A stretch of DNA of 64,000 nucleotides from Phoronis australis. Lineage: Eukaryota; Animalia; Phoronida. The position numbers and the translations under genes are program-made. The stretch's first letter is position 1; every line of letters begins with the position of its first letter. The notes beneath the pieces are model-generated. The model searched no databases. It worked only from the letters and a program-made list of their open reading frames with translations, and was not told where the DNA came from. Positions 39,804 to 53,300 of the stretch are shown piece by piece. The stretch lies in NCBI GenBank assembly GCA_002633005.1, contig NMRA01000064.1, positions 622,354-686,353 on the forward strand, written 5' to 3'.

Positions 39804-42481
39804 CAGGGGCGGATCTACGTTTTCAGTAAGGGGGGGGTTTAGGATTCCCGCAAAGGTCGAATCCTAGGCGCGTGGCGCCGAGAGGGGGGGGGGTCGGGAG
39901 GGGGGGTTTCCCCCCCTCCGTGTAAAACAATTTTTTGTTTTTGTAGCCAAATAGTGAAATTTCCATGCATCCTGGTAAGTTTCTGGCACTTAACATGTCT
40001 CTTGAGTTTTTCTTAAGATAATTTAAAATCCTTCTCGATTTCGTCGCATGAACGTGGCTCATAAGTTTCGTGAAACCATATTTGTGCACATCTGGGTATG
40101 AGTCGCGCCACCAGCAAAAATTTTTGTTGGAACATCTGCTTATACACACCTTTTTAGCATGCGAAAAGTCGTATATGAAAAGGTGTGGTGTGTGTGTGGG
40201 TTTAGCCAACTACCAAATATTCAAGAGCATAAGAAGCACCGACGGGGAGTAAAAAATTGAATATCAGATGATCGCGTAACAGCAGCCTCAAGTTGTTTAA
40301 GAACAAAGACCTGTACTGTTAGTCTCGAAATAAACATGTGTTCTGTCTCGTTATGAGAAAAACTGGCAAACGATGGTGCTCTCAACACATAGTATATTAC
40401 TAAAAGCGACAATAAACAATTAAGTATCACTTTATTAAGCTGAATCACGTTGACAACAATTGAAAAACGTCAAATGTATTTGGAAACGAATCATATGAAA
40501 ACAGTTTCACGAAACCAAAACATTCTGTACATCGTGGTGAAAAGATAATCAGGACCAGTTCGCAGAGGGACCAGATGTACACTGAGAGTACACAAAAACG
40601 CCTGGTCCATCACGAGACCAAAAGTACACCTGTGCTTATTATCCCTAGAAAAATAGTCGATCTGTCGCGGGACCAAACAGTTCTGGCTGAGATGAATAGT
40701 TTTACAAAGCACACTTTGGTAAAAAAACATCACCAGACTAGTTCGCGAGACCTAAAGCGTACTATGCAAAAACTTTTGAATTGAAAACCTCTCTCTAGAC
40801 ACTTTTAAATTCCCAGTGGTTGCTCATACATGTACGTGTATTTTATACATTTGGTCGTCAACTGCTGCGAGAGGTTGTCTAGGAAGGGTTTTCGCACCGT
40901 TCTGTAATACTCACTGGAAGAAACAAGTATTGAGTACAAATTTAACTACGCACTACGTGAAATTAATTTTGGATATGAAGCAGACAGAGCCAAGTGGAAA
41001 TACAAACCAGAATCAGTTTTTGTGCACTCGTAGACCCTCTGCTGTATTGGGTAAATTTGGCATGACCAAAAATAATTTCTATTTCGTTTTCATTGTATAC
41101 AAGCATAAAAACCGACATTATGTACAAACTGTGTAGAATTATATCTTATTACGTGGGTATGTATCCAGGAACGTTAGTCCTATTCTGCTGTTGTCTGGAC
41201 TGCCGAGGAATCTGTATATCGCGGGATCCAATGGTTTGCTCGTCTTGGAACCATTCTACCCAGGCATCTTTGATGTTTGTTCCCAACGCTTGCACTTCGT
41301 CAACTGCTGTGTCAATGAGCTTGTAAGCCTCTACAATGTCGTTTGGCAGCTCAATTGGCACTATGAAACCCCCTGAGGTTGCCAAGTCCATTCAAAAGAC
41401 TTACATGCGCAACTAAATTTGATCCGTTCATCATGAACTACTTCAAACCTAGTCGATGTATCCCAGGACCTATTTGCATCTCTTGCCATTTTCGGAATAA
41501 ACGTCCCAATGTCTGAACGCTTGAAACCCCAAGTACTAACATCAAATAAATGCCCATGGTCATGGGCGTTTCATCGGGTGGGAATTTCTGCGGAAATTGC
41601 CAGTATAGAAGACAGCAGTGGTGCTTATTGCAGGTAGAAAGACGGTAGGTATTGAGGTCGGAACTAGAGCTCCTTAGGAGGCCTATTGAACATCGCACGA
41701 GTCCCTCAAGACATTGCTGTAAAAATACAGCCTCCCCGCAATTTCTGGTACTGTACACTGTTCGCGAATGCGGTCACTTTGTCAATGTGAGTGCCCCCTT
41801 GGTCATTTTTTGTATAGACATATCTTGTTAGAGTGCATCTTCAAACGGTTCCGCGACCAGACCACGGCGCCCGCGACAATAGTAATTCTTCGGAAAACGA
41901 GTTCTTTTCAAAAATACTACATGTACATGTAGGCTACACTGTATGTATTGCGCAAGACAACTTTACTATACACCAGTCAAATTCGAGTTACAAACGTGTA
42001 GGGTATAATGGAATGACAGATGAGGTAAAAACGTTGCACGTCAATTTGCCTGAATATCAGGGTTGCGGCACCACAGTATTTCCCCTAATCAAATCAAATT
42101 ATATCTTAGAGTAAAGAAGCTAGTTATCTAAAGAAATCAGCTATAGAGCTGCTCTTTCAGCGGTGAATCCATCTAAAATGCTTGGCAACTTCAGAAGTGT
42201 CGACGGAAGCGCGCCCACAATTGATCTCCGCGCGTTTTGCCGATGATCCACGAAGACTCAAAATGCGTTGATTTTCATAACAGCAATTTGCAATTCAAAA
42301 ATTTATTTTTTCAGAGTGAACCCCCCCCTCATTTTTTTCCAAGTTGGTTTACTTGGGGTTTACACACGCTGGTGGTGTCGTTTTTGTTTTGGTGACGACG
42401 TTTTTGTTTTTTTTTAATTTTGGGTCCTGGCCCAAGGGGGGGGTTTAAACCCCCTGAACCCCCCCCGTAGATCCGCCTCTG
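39804..42481 (-). mobile_element. degenerate hAT-family DNA transposon (2.7 kb)
   Basis: TIRs CAGGGGCGGATCTACG / CGTAGATCCGCCTCTG, flanked by GAAAA on both sides; internal minus-strand transposase remnants DIVEAYKLI..IQIPRQSRQQQNRTNVP (41149-41391) and SEYYRTVRKPFLDNLSQQL (~40855-40915). Confidence 0.8.
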
Positions 42482-44423
42482 GAAAACAAATTAAGCACAC
42501 TTGTTGATTTAGTGCATTTCCAGACAAAGTACCGGTAACCCCTCTGGCGAGTAAAATTAAAACTATAAGCAATGTGTCAATAGGTTTCATTTGGAGATCG
42601 ATACACACAGAGGGAAAATGATAGACTATAACCAAATTCGAAACTTATTTTAGAATTAGGCGATGAAATGCTGACACTACACTACATGTCTAAACGCTAG
42701 GGAAGTGTTTTTAGTAAAATGTTTCATTTTGCAGTTATGTTTGACTTTGGTAACTAATTAAAGTATCAATTCGCACATCAAAAGTTACATTAAGACAGAA
42801 ATGTGGCTTTTGAGACTTTATTTAGGAATTTTGTAAATATTTTTCATTTAATCTACATTTCCAACAAAACGATTTTTGTTTTAAGGCAGCTGCAAACTGG
42901 TGTTCTGTTGGTTTACATTGTACATACTTCTACAGTTTACCTGTATAACATTGGTCTCAACTTTTCAGATGCCCCAATTTATGGTCTCGCAAAAACTGAC
43001 AATGTTCCTAATGCCAGTTGGTTATTCCAGGGTGACTGTGTTCAGAACAAAAAATGACCCATCATGACAAGCCAAGTTGTAAACCTGGTCTCAAGAGGTA
43101 ACAAACTGTCAATTATTTACAAACTTTCTACTTTCACTGAACTTTAAATTCAAAGCATATTTAATGATTGTGTAGATATTTTGTTGAAATTCAGACTTTT
43201 TGCTAGTTACCTCCAAACCCTTGGTATGCAGCGCCATCTTCAGCCACTATGACATGAATATCATGACCAAATACTGTCGCAAGCTAACTGCTGAATTTTA
43301 CAATTTACCTTTAAAATTAGAATTTGTTTACATTTAAAGAAAGGGCAACACTGTGTTACCAGGGACAAATTTATTTAACACATCACTTTGGCTACTGCCA
43401 AATTTCATAAGACTATGTACCATATTACAATATAGATAAGTCAGTGAACTTAGCTAAATACCTACAAATCTAGATTTTAACTGTGAAAATATAAATTTTC
43501 TGAAAGTAGAAAACCTGCAGAATACGAATTTTTACCAATCTACCATTAATTGGATCACATGGCAATTGAGTTACATGGTCATGTCTTTCTAGCAAAATTT
43601 AGAAAAAAGAAAGGTATATTCATAGCAAAAAAGTCCAAAACAAGGATCAAATGTTGTTTCATATAAATGATGGTGAAATCTCATAAAACATCGTTACAGT
43701 TTACTAAATTTTCAATTAATTTTTGCTTTATTCAATTTTTGATTTTTTCATAAAACCAAAAAGTCCAATTTTATGCCTTGAAAAAGTGTAATTCACAAAC
43801 ACTTCACAACAGTGTTTTGGAAAACACCATTTCCTATATATATATAATGTTCCAAAGTTAGCTAAGTTTGGACAATTTTTAGAATACAGCACAGCCTTAA
43901 GTACCCTAAATCTTGAAGCACAGCATATATCTAAGAAAACTTTAGGAACTCTGTATGAAATTGCATTATGCCACTGTGGGCAACAAATAACTGAATATAT
44001 ATAAACTTGACATAAGTTATTTATTAACAACTCAGTTAACAGCTTATTTACACTATCCCATGTAATAACCACAAAATGCACACACTATAAAGCAGTACCA
44101 CATCAATATTTGTTTATGGGCAACTGTGTATATACTATCAACCTCATTGTGGCCAACAGAGGTCATCACTGCATGGTCTTGTTTACAACTGCATTATGAA
44201 CTGAAGCCATAACTTGCTGTCTAGTCCTCAGCACCAATCATCTTCCAATGAACAAACTGTGTAACAAACCACAAAATTGCAACACACAAGTGACACCACT
44301 TCAATGAACCAGAAATGTTCACCTGACACCACAACGTTCCTGTGCTTAAAATCTGAAGTGTTATTTGTTCCTGGGAAGTCAATTTCTCAACTTGCATCAT
44401 GAATCTCATCAAGCTTCAACATG

Positions 44424-47088
44424 TCACTTTGGTTGAGGATGTCTTTTAAAAAGAGTATTCACATGTTTTGAAGATATTCTTTTCTGTCCTGGTACCATAC
44501 CCTGGGCTTCGGCGGCTTGTAACTTGGCGGAGGCTGCCTGAAATATAAAGGAAACCAAGCATGTTAAATTCAGCGACTGGGTGTGGAAACTCAAGTTGGC
44601 AATCAGCAAATGTCAATGTAAACACAACGAAGGGCATTTCGTGCAGAAATAACATAAATAGTACAAATCCAAGATTTGTGGCATTTTGAAAAGAAAATGT
44701 CTTACTGTGTCTGAATCGCCATATACTTCCATTATTCTGCATGCATTTGTCAATGCTGCGCACTTGTTATGCCTAAATCACCCATCTTGTGATCAGTCTC
44801 AATTCTCCCAATAAAGGAGTGTGTACCACTACCAGACCTCATCTAGTGTGAGTTCAGGGCATCCAAAAGGACACCCCGACTCAAATTTAGTCACTCTGGT
44901 AAGGATGCCCTGTTCAGTACTTGGACACCTAGCTGGCTAGCTAGCTGTATGAAGACTATCGTACTTGTATTGCATATGTATACTGAACTAATAATGTACC
45001 TAGATTGTACTTGGAGCACAAATTGTATTTCACTGCTCTACAATTTTGTGCTAGACAACAAAGATTGGATGTTTTCTTTGAATATATGAGGTCTGCTTAC
45101 TGCAGTCGAACTACCTGGGGGATTTTTAACAGGGTGTCCAACAGCCTTGGTGCGAACCTGAATATAAAATTGTAAAAACATGTGTTTAGCCAAGGCAGAT
45201 TGACATTATGATGGTGAAAACAGTCATTGAGCATGGCAGAGCAGTGCAATACAGTGTAATACGTGTACAATACAATTTACAATACATGTACAATCCAAGT
45301 ACAATACTATTACAATATACAAGTACAATACACATCTGGGTGAGATCAATGGTGCTGACACATTGACCTGAGTTTGCCACTGTGAACATCGACAACATCG
45401 AAATTTCCCTTCATGTTTCCAGGCTATTTTGTGACAGGTTGCAGGTTTCAGTTAGGGAAAGGGAATCGTAAAATGAGACAAACCTTGAGGTTCTGTGAAG
45501 AAATAGGAGGAAATTAGCAACCTTGACCAAAATGTTCATTATGAGAAATAAAAAAACATTGACGTAAAGAAGAGCTTTTTGTTAAATCTTACACTACTAG
45601 TGACATGCACAAGTTATGCAACTGTATTTTGCATCCATTCTATGAAAAATATTTTTGTCATGCAATGAACTAACTTCACAGTTACCTGACTAGCAGCGTA
45701 GCACTTATTGAAAGCGGTAACTTCTTTTGAGCATCGTAACTGGTCAAAATCATATTCTTTAAAGCAGTTTAACATCGTTGACATTTCTTGAAGACACGCA
45801 ACCTCTGCAATAAAATGATGTGTTAAAACACACCTGATTTGACACTCCACTCCATTGTATTTATAATGAAACATCCAGATGGTAAAGCTTGTTGCAGTCA
45901 GGTTTCATAAAGGCCTACAATCAACATTAACTCTAAAAACCTATTTTGTGACAAACATAAGTAAAAATGAAAAATGCCATGAATATAAAGTGTTTTCAAA
46001 TGACGTCATCCATTAGATCATCCGTCATGTTGGAGGACAAACATTTCAGCATGTTTGTGGTATCGTGAAGCATAGGCCCATTTCTTATCCAAATTTTCAG
46101 CAGAATTTACTCAGAATGGTGAATCTTTGTGCAATAGTTGGATTCTCAAGCAGGGGTGATAGCGATTTTACGTTGTACTATCGGGCAGTCGAACTAAATT
46201 TTTTTTCTTTTGAAAGAAAACCTTCAATATCATCGGAACGATAATGCATCCCACACAACAAAAATACAAATATATGTAAGGAGTACAAAGTTATTGCAAC
46301 TTTTGCGGTGAAATTAGGGTCACTTGTTTGGACCAGGTTAGACATCTTGAGAGGCAGCGGCATAAGTTCTTACTTTTCAAGCGCATTAAATAAGTTTAAG
46401 CTTGGACGTTCAGCATGGAAAAATGGTTGATCCAAAAGCAACATGTTCCCCGTCTCTTAGTTCCCTTGTCTCTGTTCCGTCATCTCAATTTTCCCCGTTC
46501 CGATTTTGGAATTTTATAGGGGTCTATGCCTCTACTAAAGGTCACCAGTTGTCTTACGTAAGCTGATCACCAGTAACTAACAACTCACAATAACTCGGCT
46601 TACTGTTCTTGACCACTGCCATTGCTAGTCCTCTAACATTTCGCAGTTCCGTGTACTGATGATGTTACTGCAAACATTCTATACAACAAGACAGATAACT
46701 GCTAACACAAAAGTTTAAGACTTACAACATCATATGAGCAAATTACGGTAAAACAGGAGTAAACGGGTCCCACTTGAAAATGCGGGAACAAGGTTACACT
46801 GAATAATGGACACTGCCATTACTCAGTGAAAGCTAGTTCCAGGCAGCCATTCAAGAGGGGCCCGTTTACTCCACTTTTACTCAAAGTACAATGAAAATTG
46901 AAAGCCGAAGTGTGTAGCCTGGTACTGGTAGGCCTGGTTAACTTACGCTTTTGGGAGTCTGATTTACCAGAGACTCTGTCCTTTAAAACAGGTGGTAAAA
47001 GTTGTCTAAATGTGTTATGCGGTTTGTAATTGTTAAATTTCCTACATAACCTAATATTATTTTTCAAAGCTTCGCTCAGGTGCGGCAT
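44424..47088 (-). CDS. CHCHD1: CHCH domain-containing protein 1 / mitoribosomal mS37, ~124 aa
   Basis: Exons 47088-46947 (..LPPVLKDRVSGK..), 45804-45686 (VACLQEMSTMLNCFKEYDFDQLRCSKEVTAFNKC, twin CX9C), 44537-44424 (..SSKHVNTLFKRHPQPK stop); in frame, GT-AG. Confidence 0.88.
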
Positions 47089-47378
47089 TTTCAGCCACTA
47101 ACTGCACAACCGGAAGCACGTAACGAGTGTTTTCCGATTGTCGTAATGTGACATTGATTCAAAACAAGCGGCTGTGTTCGATTTTAACAATTATATAAAG
47201 ACTTTTTTGCATTTGTAAGTGCTCAATAAACTGATTTTTTTCAAGCAGATAAAATTATGTTCAAATACATAACAGTATGAAGAAACTCACGCTTTTAGCA
47301 CGACAACCGCAATCCGTGTCATTTTGTTTGCCGGGCACTGAGTCCCGAAGCTTCTGTTAGTAAGAGGCGTTTTTAGAT
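47089..47378. promoter_or_regulatory. bidirectional promoter region CHCHD1/METTL14
   Basis: Only 290 bp between the divergent start codons (47088 and 47379); ETS-like CCGGAAG at 47110-47117. Confidence 0.7.
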
Positions 47379-50300
47379 ATGGGCGACAGATTGAAAGAAC
47401 TGAGGGAAAGGTCGCAGAAAAGAAGGCAACTTTTAGCACAGCAGGTTGCTTTGACGTTGTCATCGTTGTAATTTTCGTCGACGTTCTTTCTTACTTTCAA
47501 TTCAGATCTTGTAGTAATAGTCGAGATCACCCGACTCGGGAATCGAACCAGCGACCACGATAAAACCGGCAAGCGTGCTAACCATTCAGCTAATAGGCAA
47601 TTTCCTGTTAGCGAGTAGCTAACAGAGGCGCATATAATTCACTGGAAGCACATCTAAAACAGCCTTCACAGCTTCACGCACCCTATTGTAACTAAGCTTG
47701 TTAGACAGTGACCACCGTCTTTACAACTAGCTGACTGGAGACGGTGTTGCTCCTATAGGAAGTTCATACACTTTTTGGCGAATTTTGCTTCACACTGACT
47801 AAAACATCAAAGTCACGTTGTTCATTTGCATATAGAGGGACACCTTAGCTTAGGAGGCCGTCGATGTATTCTTCCAACTCTAAGAAATACTCCCATTATC
47901 AAACTTTTTCTTTGAGCAGTCCCTCGTTCAGTTCCCAAAATCAGTAACTCACCATTTTTAACTCTGCGCACACCAGGGGATATGACGTCATATGGCCTGC
48001 TGCATGCAGTGTTAAAAATGGGGAGTTACCGATTTTGGGAACTGAACGAAGGACTGCTCGAAGAAAATTTTGATCACGGGAATATGTTTGTTCGAGTTGG
48101 AAGGAATTAAATACACCTAAGGACTCCTGCGATTATAGATGCATCTTGATGTTTGAAAAAAATGCACTCTTCAAACCATTTTATTTCACACGGTGTTTGC
48201 CGTCAGTAACACTTTGGACAAAATAAAAGGAAGAAGGCAATATCTACAAACTCCATCAATTACAAGTAGCAAGATTAACCAAACCAGGAATTAAAATCCA
48301 AGCGATCCAATAGGCACTAGCCATGCAGACTCTTGCATAAATCAAGCTTTAAGAATTCAAAAGCAATTGCTACTATTGAATAGGTTGAGCTGTAATGTGG
48401 GAGCATTTGTTACTCCGGTATGAACAAATGAGTCACTGGCAGTGTCCTATGCTATATTATTTTCAATTCCACCCTGACCAATCATTTCTTTCATTTTTAT
48501 AGTTTGGAGTGGACAGTCCTGAAGGTTTAAGTAAAGTGCTCAAAAGCAAGCAAGATCAGAATGAAGATTTTAAATTGCAGCAAGCTCGTGTTGTGTCTAG
48601 GTATGTACGTGTTGTGTCCAGGTATGTACCTGTTGTGTCCATGTATGTAAGCTTTGGCTGTTGAATCCAATCAAGCCCTAACTGGACATGAAATCTGGCC
48701 TAGCCAGGTACTGGCATAAAGAGTTAAATAGCAATCAGCAACATTGCCAATCACATTAAAAGCTTTAGCTATCATATGATAAGACCTGTGAATAATGCAA
48801 CATACCACAGCTAGGCCAATTTTACAACACTATAGTCACGAAGGATGAAATCTGTACAATTGCTATGCCATTTTTTTGGTAATTGCAAAGTCAAATTAAT
48901 GTCTGACTGTGAATTTAGTGCAGTATTTAACATCTTAAACATTATTTTTCAGTTTAGAGGAAAAACGCAATGTCATCAATGAGGACGAAGTTTTTGATAC
49001 AAGTAAAAAGAGGAAACTTGAGAACCAGGTATATTGAAGCGATTTGAACTATTGGGATGTGTACCAACGTAACGGTTGTACTGTCAATTGTGTGTTTCAT
49101 TGTCTCTCTTGTTTTCTTGGAACAATGAATGCATTGTTGCTGTTAGATTACAACCAGTGATTAAGGTGAACATTTTTAGCATCTAATTGAGGTTTTGAGT
49201 CAGAGTTTTAGAGAATAAGCATTCCTATGTAGAACTATGTGTGCCAATGTCGTAGCAACATTATTAAGAAGAGAAAGTGTGACTTTCTATCACTTTGTGT
49301 GATATCTTATTAAATAACTCAAGTAAAAGCTGACTAATTTGTATATGTGTTGGAAAATATTTTTTGAAATAGTGGAAGATGTTGATGCCACATTGCCAGT
49401 TAGATTAGTTAGGTTTTTTGTACCCAAAACATTACATGAAAATCTTGATTTTATTCATTTAGGCTGGTGGAGTAGACGAGCTGTCCACTGAAGATGATGT
49501 TTACACGGATTCTAGTAAATTCCTGAAGGTATACACCTGACATTGTCAAGTACACAGGCTTTGTCTTGGTTCTAATGTAGTTCTAACAATGTATTTGAGC
49601 CTGTCATTGGCTCCTTGGCTTAAACTAAATGAAGTGCTTAAATGCAAACGCTATCTGATTATTAAGATAAATTACACCTGTTATATCTTTGCTATAGTTA
49701 TTGTTTATGCAGATTCTTTTTTTCTGTTGGTTCTGGTATGTGTTTTTTATTAATGATATATTGATGTGGAGGTGAGATCAATGACACTGATGCATGTGGG
49801 GGTCGTGTATTAACCGATCTTTAGTCATTAAAGGTCAATAAGAGGGTCTCCGTGACTGACATGCCATATCTTTTGAAAACTAGCTTGCATGATTTTGTGT
49901 GGCTCTTGCAAAAGAAAATTGTCTGCATGCTCTTCTGTTTCTTATTGAAGCAGTGAGGCGTATGTTTTAAAATGAACGGGGACGCAGACCAGAACCAAAT
50001 ATGCTTTTTGGCCTCAGTGTTGTTGTTAATACGTTGATTCTATTGTGAAGCTCGATTCCTGCCAGTGTAATCTGTCCTTATGAATTGCATCACTATGCAT
50101 CAATTCCCAAGTCTCATTTGATAACATTGTTATTTCCAGGGTACACAGAGTGCCAACCCCCACAATGATTATTGTCAAAATTTTGTGGACAGTGGAGAAA
50201 GACCGCAAAATTTCATCAGAGATGTGGGTACGTGTTATTTTGCAAGATAAAATGAGATTTACTAACAAAAAGAGCCGCACAGTTATATTTAGTATGTTCT

Positions 50301-53300
50301 GAAGTATCAGTTCCGATGGTGGTTTGTTGTTCATTTTAGTTAGACTTTCTGTAAAATGTGTGTGCCTGCCAATGTTTCTTGTTGCTCAGTTTTGAAGAAA
50401 AGCAGTTAGGGCTGTTCCAGTAAAATCCGTATGGGAGGGGGGGGGACGGCAGTTGAAATAAAAATTTATGGGTGGTTGTGTTTGATTTAAATTCAAAATG
50501 ACTGGTGGTCGTACNCACGCTGGAACCCCTTCACTCGATGATCGAGCGCGGACCGCAGACATTGAAGGAAACATCATTCAATCAAGTAAGCTTTCCACAC
50601 TCCTAAAGTAATGAGTCAAAATGTCCTGAGATTACTCATCATGACAGCTGAGTGCAAAAGAAATTCCCCATTAAACAAATTTACTGTAAGCACCTGGATT
50701 GGCGAGTCAGAGCAAGTTGTCGCCCCTTATTTGTCTGATTACCATTGGCGTATACTGTAATTAAATCCACGGTAAAACTATGTAACTTGTGGGGTATGAG
50801 ACAGTAATTGACAAGACTTTACTTGACAACTGAGAATTTCAAATATCATGACTTTAAGTGACTTGTATGGAAAACTTGGGTTTGCCAGGGCACTAACCAG
50901 AGTGTAAAACAGTGGCATAGACTGGTACAGGAAAGAAAATGTTGTAGGGCAACGTCGTTTACACCAGTCTCCTAAATTAAACCATTAGTTTTGAGCTGGA
51001 CATTGTACTGATTAGTGCAATTTCACAGATGCTTTAGACTGTATAAGGAAATTATTGGAAAGAAATACCAAATGTCAATCAAAAGTGCTTGAACTCCAGA
51101 TGTTGTACTTGATCTTTCTACTGTGTCTTCACTCATCCTCAGGCATATGGACGTGACCTGATGGAAGCTCAAGAGTGGTGCCGCAAGTATCAGCGTAGTA
51201 ATAATGTCAAGGACCTGACCCAGGCCTGGGATCTCTACTACCATGTGTTCAGGAGGATATCCAAACAGCTGCCCCAGGTAATGTGAATGTCTTGCTATGG
51301 AAGATTATTATTTTGTGATCTTATTTTCAATCATCCAAGTTTTGTGACATCTTCATGGAGACATTTGTTCAGTCAAGTAAGGGCCATTGCAAATTCAATA
51401 TCTGATTTTATTGAATAATGAAAACTGTTCATCATCTGTAACCAATAATCTCATCTTTGAAATGCAAATACTGTAATTGTAACAAAACTAAACAACTTGT
51501 TTGTTTCGAAACTTGGTTCCTGACAACATTCAGTCTCAGAGTGCAACTTACTGGGCCTAGCTAGGTGGCCACTGCCTTCTCTCTTCTGATGATGGTGTTT
51601 GAATAAATGACACCGAAACATGTCAAGTTGACTTAGGGCTGTTCCAGTAAAATCCGTATGGGAGGGGGGGGGACGGCAGTTGAAATAAAAATTTATGGGT
51701 GGTTGTGTTTGATTTAAATTCAAAATGACTGGTGGTCGTACTTCAAAAAAATAAAAATTTACAGGTCGTTGTTGTTTCATTGTGCCATAAATGTTTGATG
51801 GTGGGTAATTTCAGTAAGTTTTATAAACAATCCACACATAATCAACAACTAAACTAAACGCAACTTGCAAAAAGCGGCGACTTTTTCCAATCCCTCCGAT
51901 CTCCCCATCGGCATGCCCATAACACCAGTCAACCACAGGCGCTCGAATTTCCCGATGGCTAATAATAGAAACGCATGTTTTCATAGTAGTGAATGACGAC
52001 AGTGGTGATCGAGGAATAGCGCCTGTGCAGTCAACCACAAAAACAACAATGAGAATCCCAAAAGCATTTTGTAAACACATGATTGGAATTAATTTCCAGG
52101 TTTCTTGCGCTTTAAGAAACCAGATTTCCAACAGAGACATAGCATGCATTTCCGGTGGCATTTTTATTTTTCTAATTAGTTTTAATAGCGATTTTACTAT
52201 GGCGCAAGGAAAACTGCGTTGGGTGCTTCGTGATTGCTGAACATTTGTCTACGACGAGTCACGACTTGTGTGAATACGTGCAGCAATAAGCAGATTAGGA
52301 TGTCTTGGAAAAAGGTAAGCTATCTCCGTTCATTGTTTCTACATATACTCCTCATGAGAATATATTCAATAGTTACTCTGTTAATTTTTAACTCCAGTAA
52401 TTAACTTATATGGGACTTCTATAGCGGATTGACGGAAGTTAGCAGACGAACTTTTTGACCGATTTCCGTCTTCTGCTCTCTTTCAATGTAAGAACGCCGT
52501 TCTTTTAATGGAAAACTTAACTAATTGTGATGCATTAACTTCTAGAATAGTTTTGTGGATTTCCTGAACACGTGGCATTCTTCACTGGTCGGGTCGGCCA
52601 CTTGAGTTGTCTAATTGGAACTGGGAGTGAGTTTTGGTCAAGATTGTTTACACAGTTACGCTTTAACATTGTTTTCTGTAGGTCTAATTTTATGTTAGAG
52701 TTGTGCTTAAAATTTTAACACTGTTTATAGGTGAAGTTAGGAGTTCCGCTCCAGTCGATTTCCACGTGTGTTTCTGAAAGTAATTGTAGCGGTTGCCTTG
52801 TTACAAAGTTGTATACTAAATATTTAGTATTTTGACGATATTCTTCATACAGCTTGCTGGCTGGCTATTGTAAGCGATATATTAATGTGTTATGTAATTA
52901 GTTTACTAATTTCATCGAGTTATCCCCAGAAGAATGCTAAAAGAAATGTAGAATAGACCATTGACCGTCACATTAGGATCGCTTCCTCGTAGAGGGAGGG
53001 TTTTTCAGGTGAGCGCGAAAGTGGAGTAAAATGTCTCGGTAGGCCACCAATACAGGTAACTAAAAATGGTTGTAGACCTACTTTTGCCATAAAAATCGTA
53101 GCAGCAAAAAAAATGGGCGATGCACTTAGTAAGAAATGGGCGCGTCGTTTGAGGCCGGCTGCATCACAAAGGTCCGCGTCGGCAAAAATTCGAGCTTACA
53201 ACTTTCGAGTCTGGGTACTCTCATTAGTGAATAATGTGTAGGTATATCATTCATCACTTTTACTTTGAAAACGAAAAATTAAGTCGATAAAAATCTTTAT

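Noticed and set aside
47530-47600. Functional tRNA gene
   Set aside because: A and B boxes are present but the acceptor and anticodon stems pair poorly; embedded in a repeat-like unit.
50516-51277. Genuine in-frame METTL14-mTOR fusion protein
   Set aside because: The mTOR exons are phase 0 while the host intron is phase 1, so inclusion gives an early stop; the fragment also starts at a scaffold gap.
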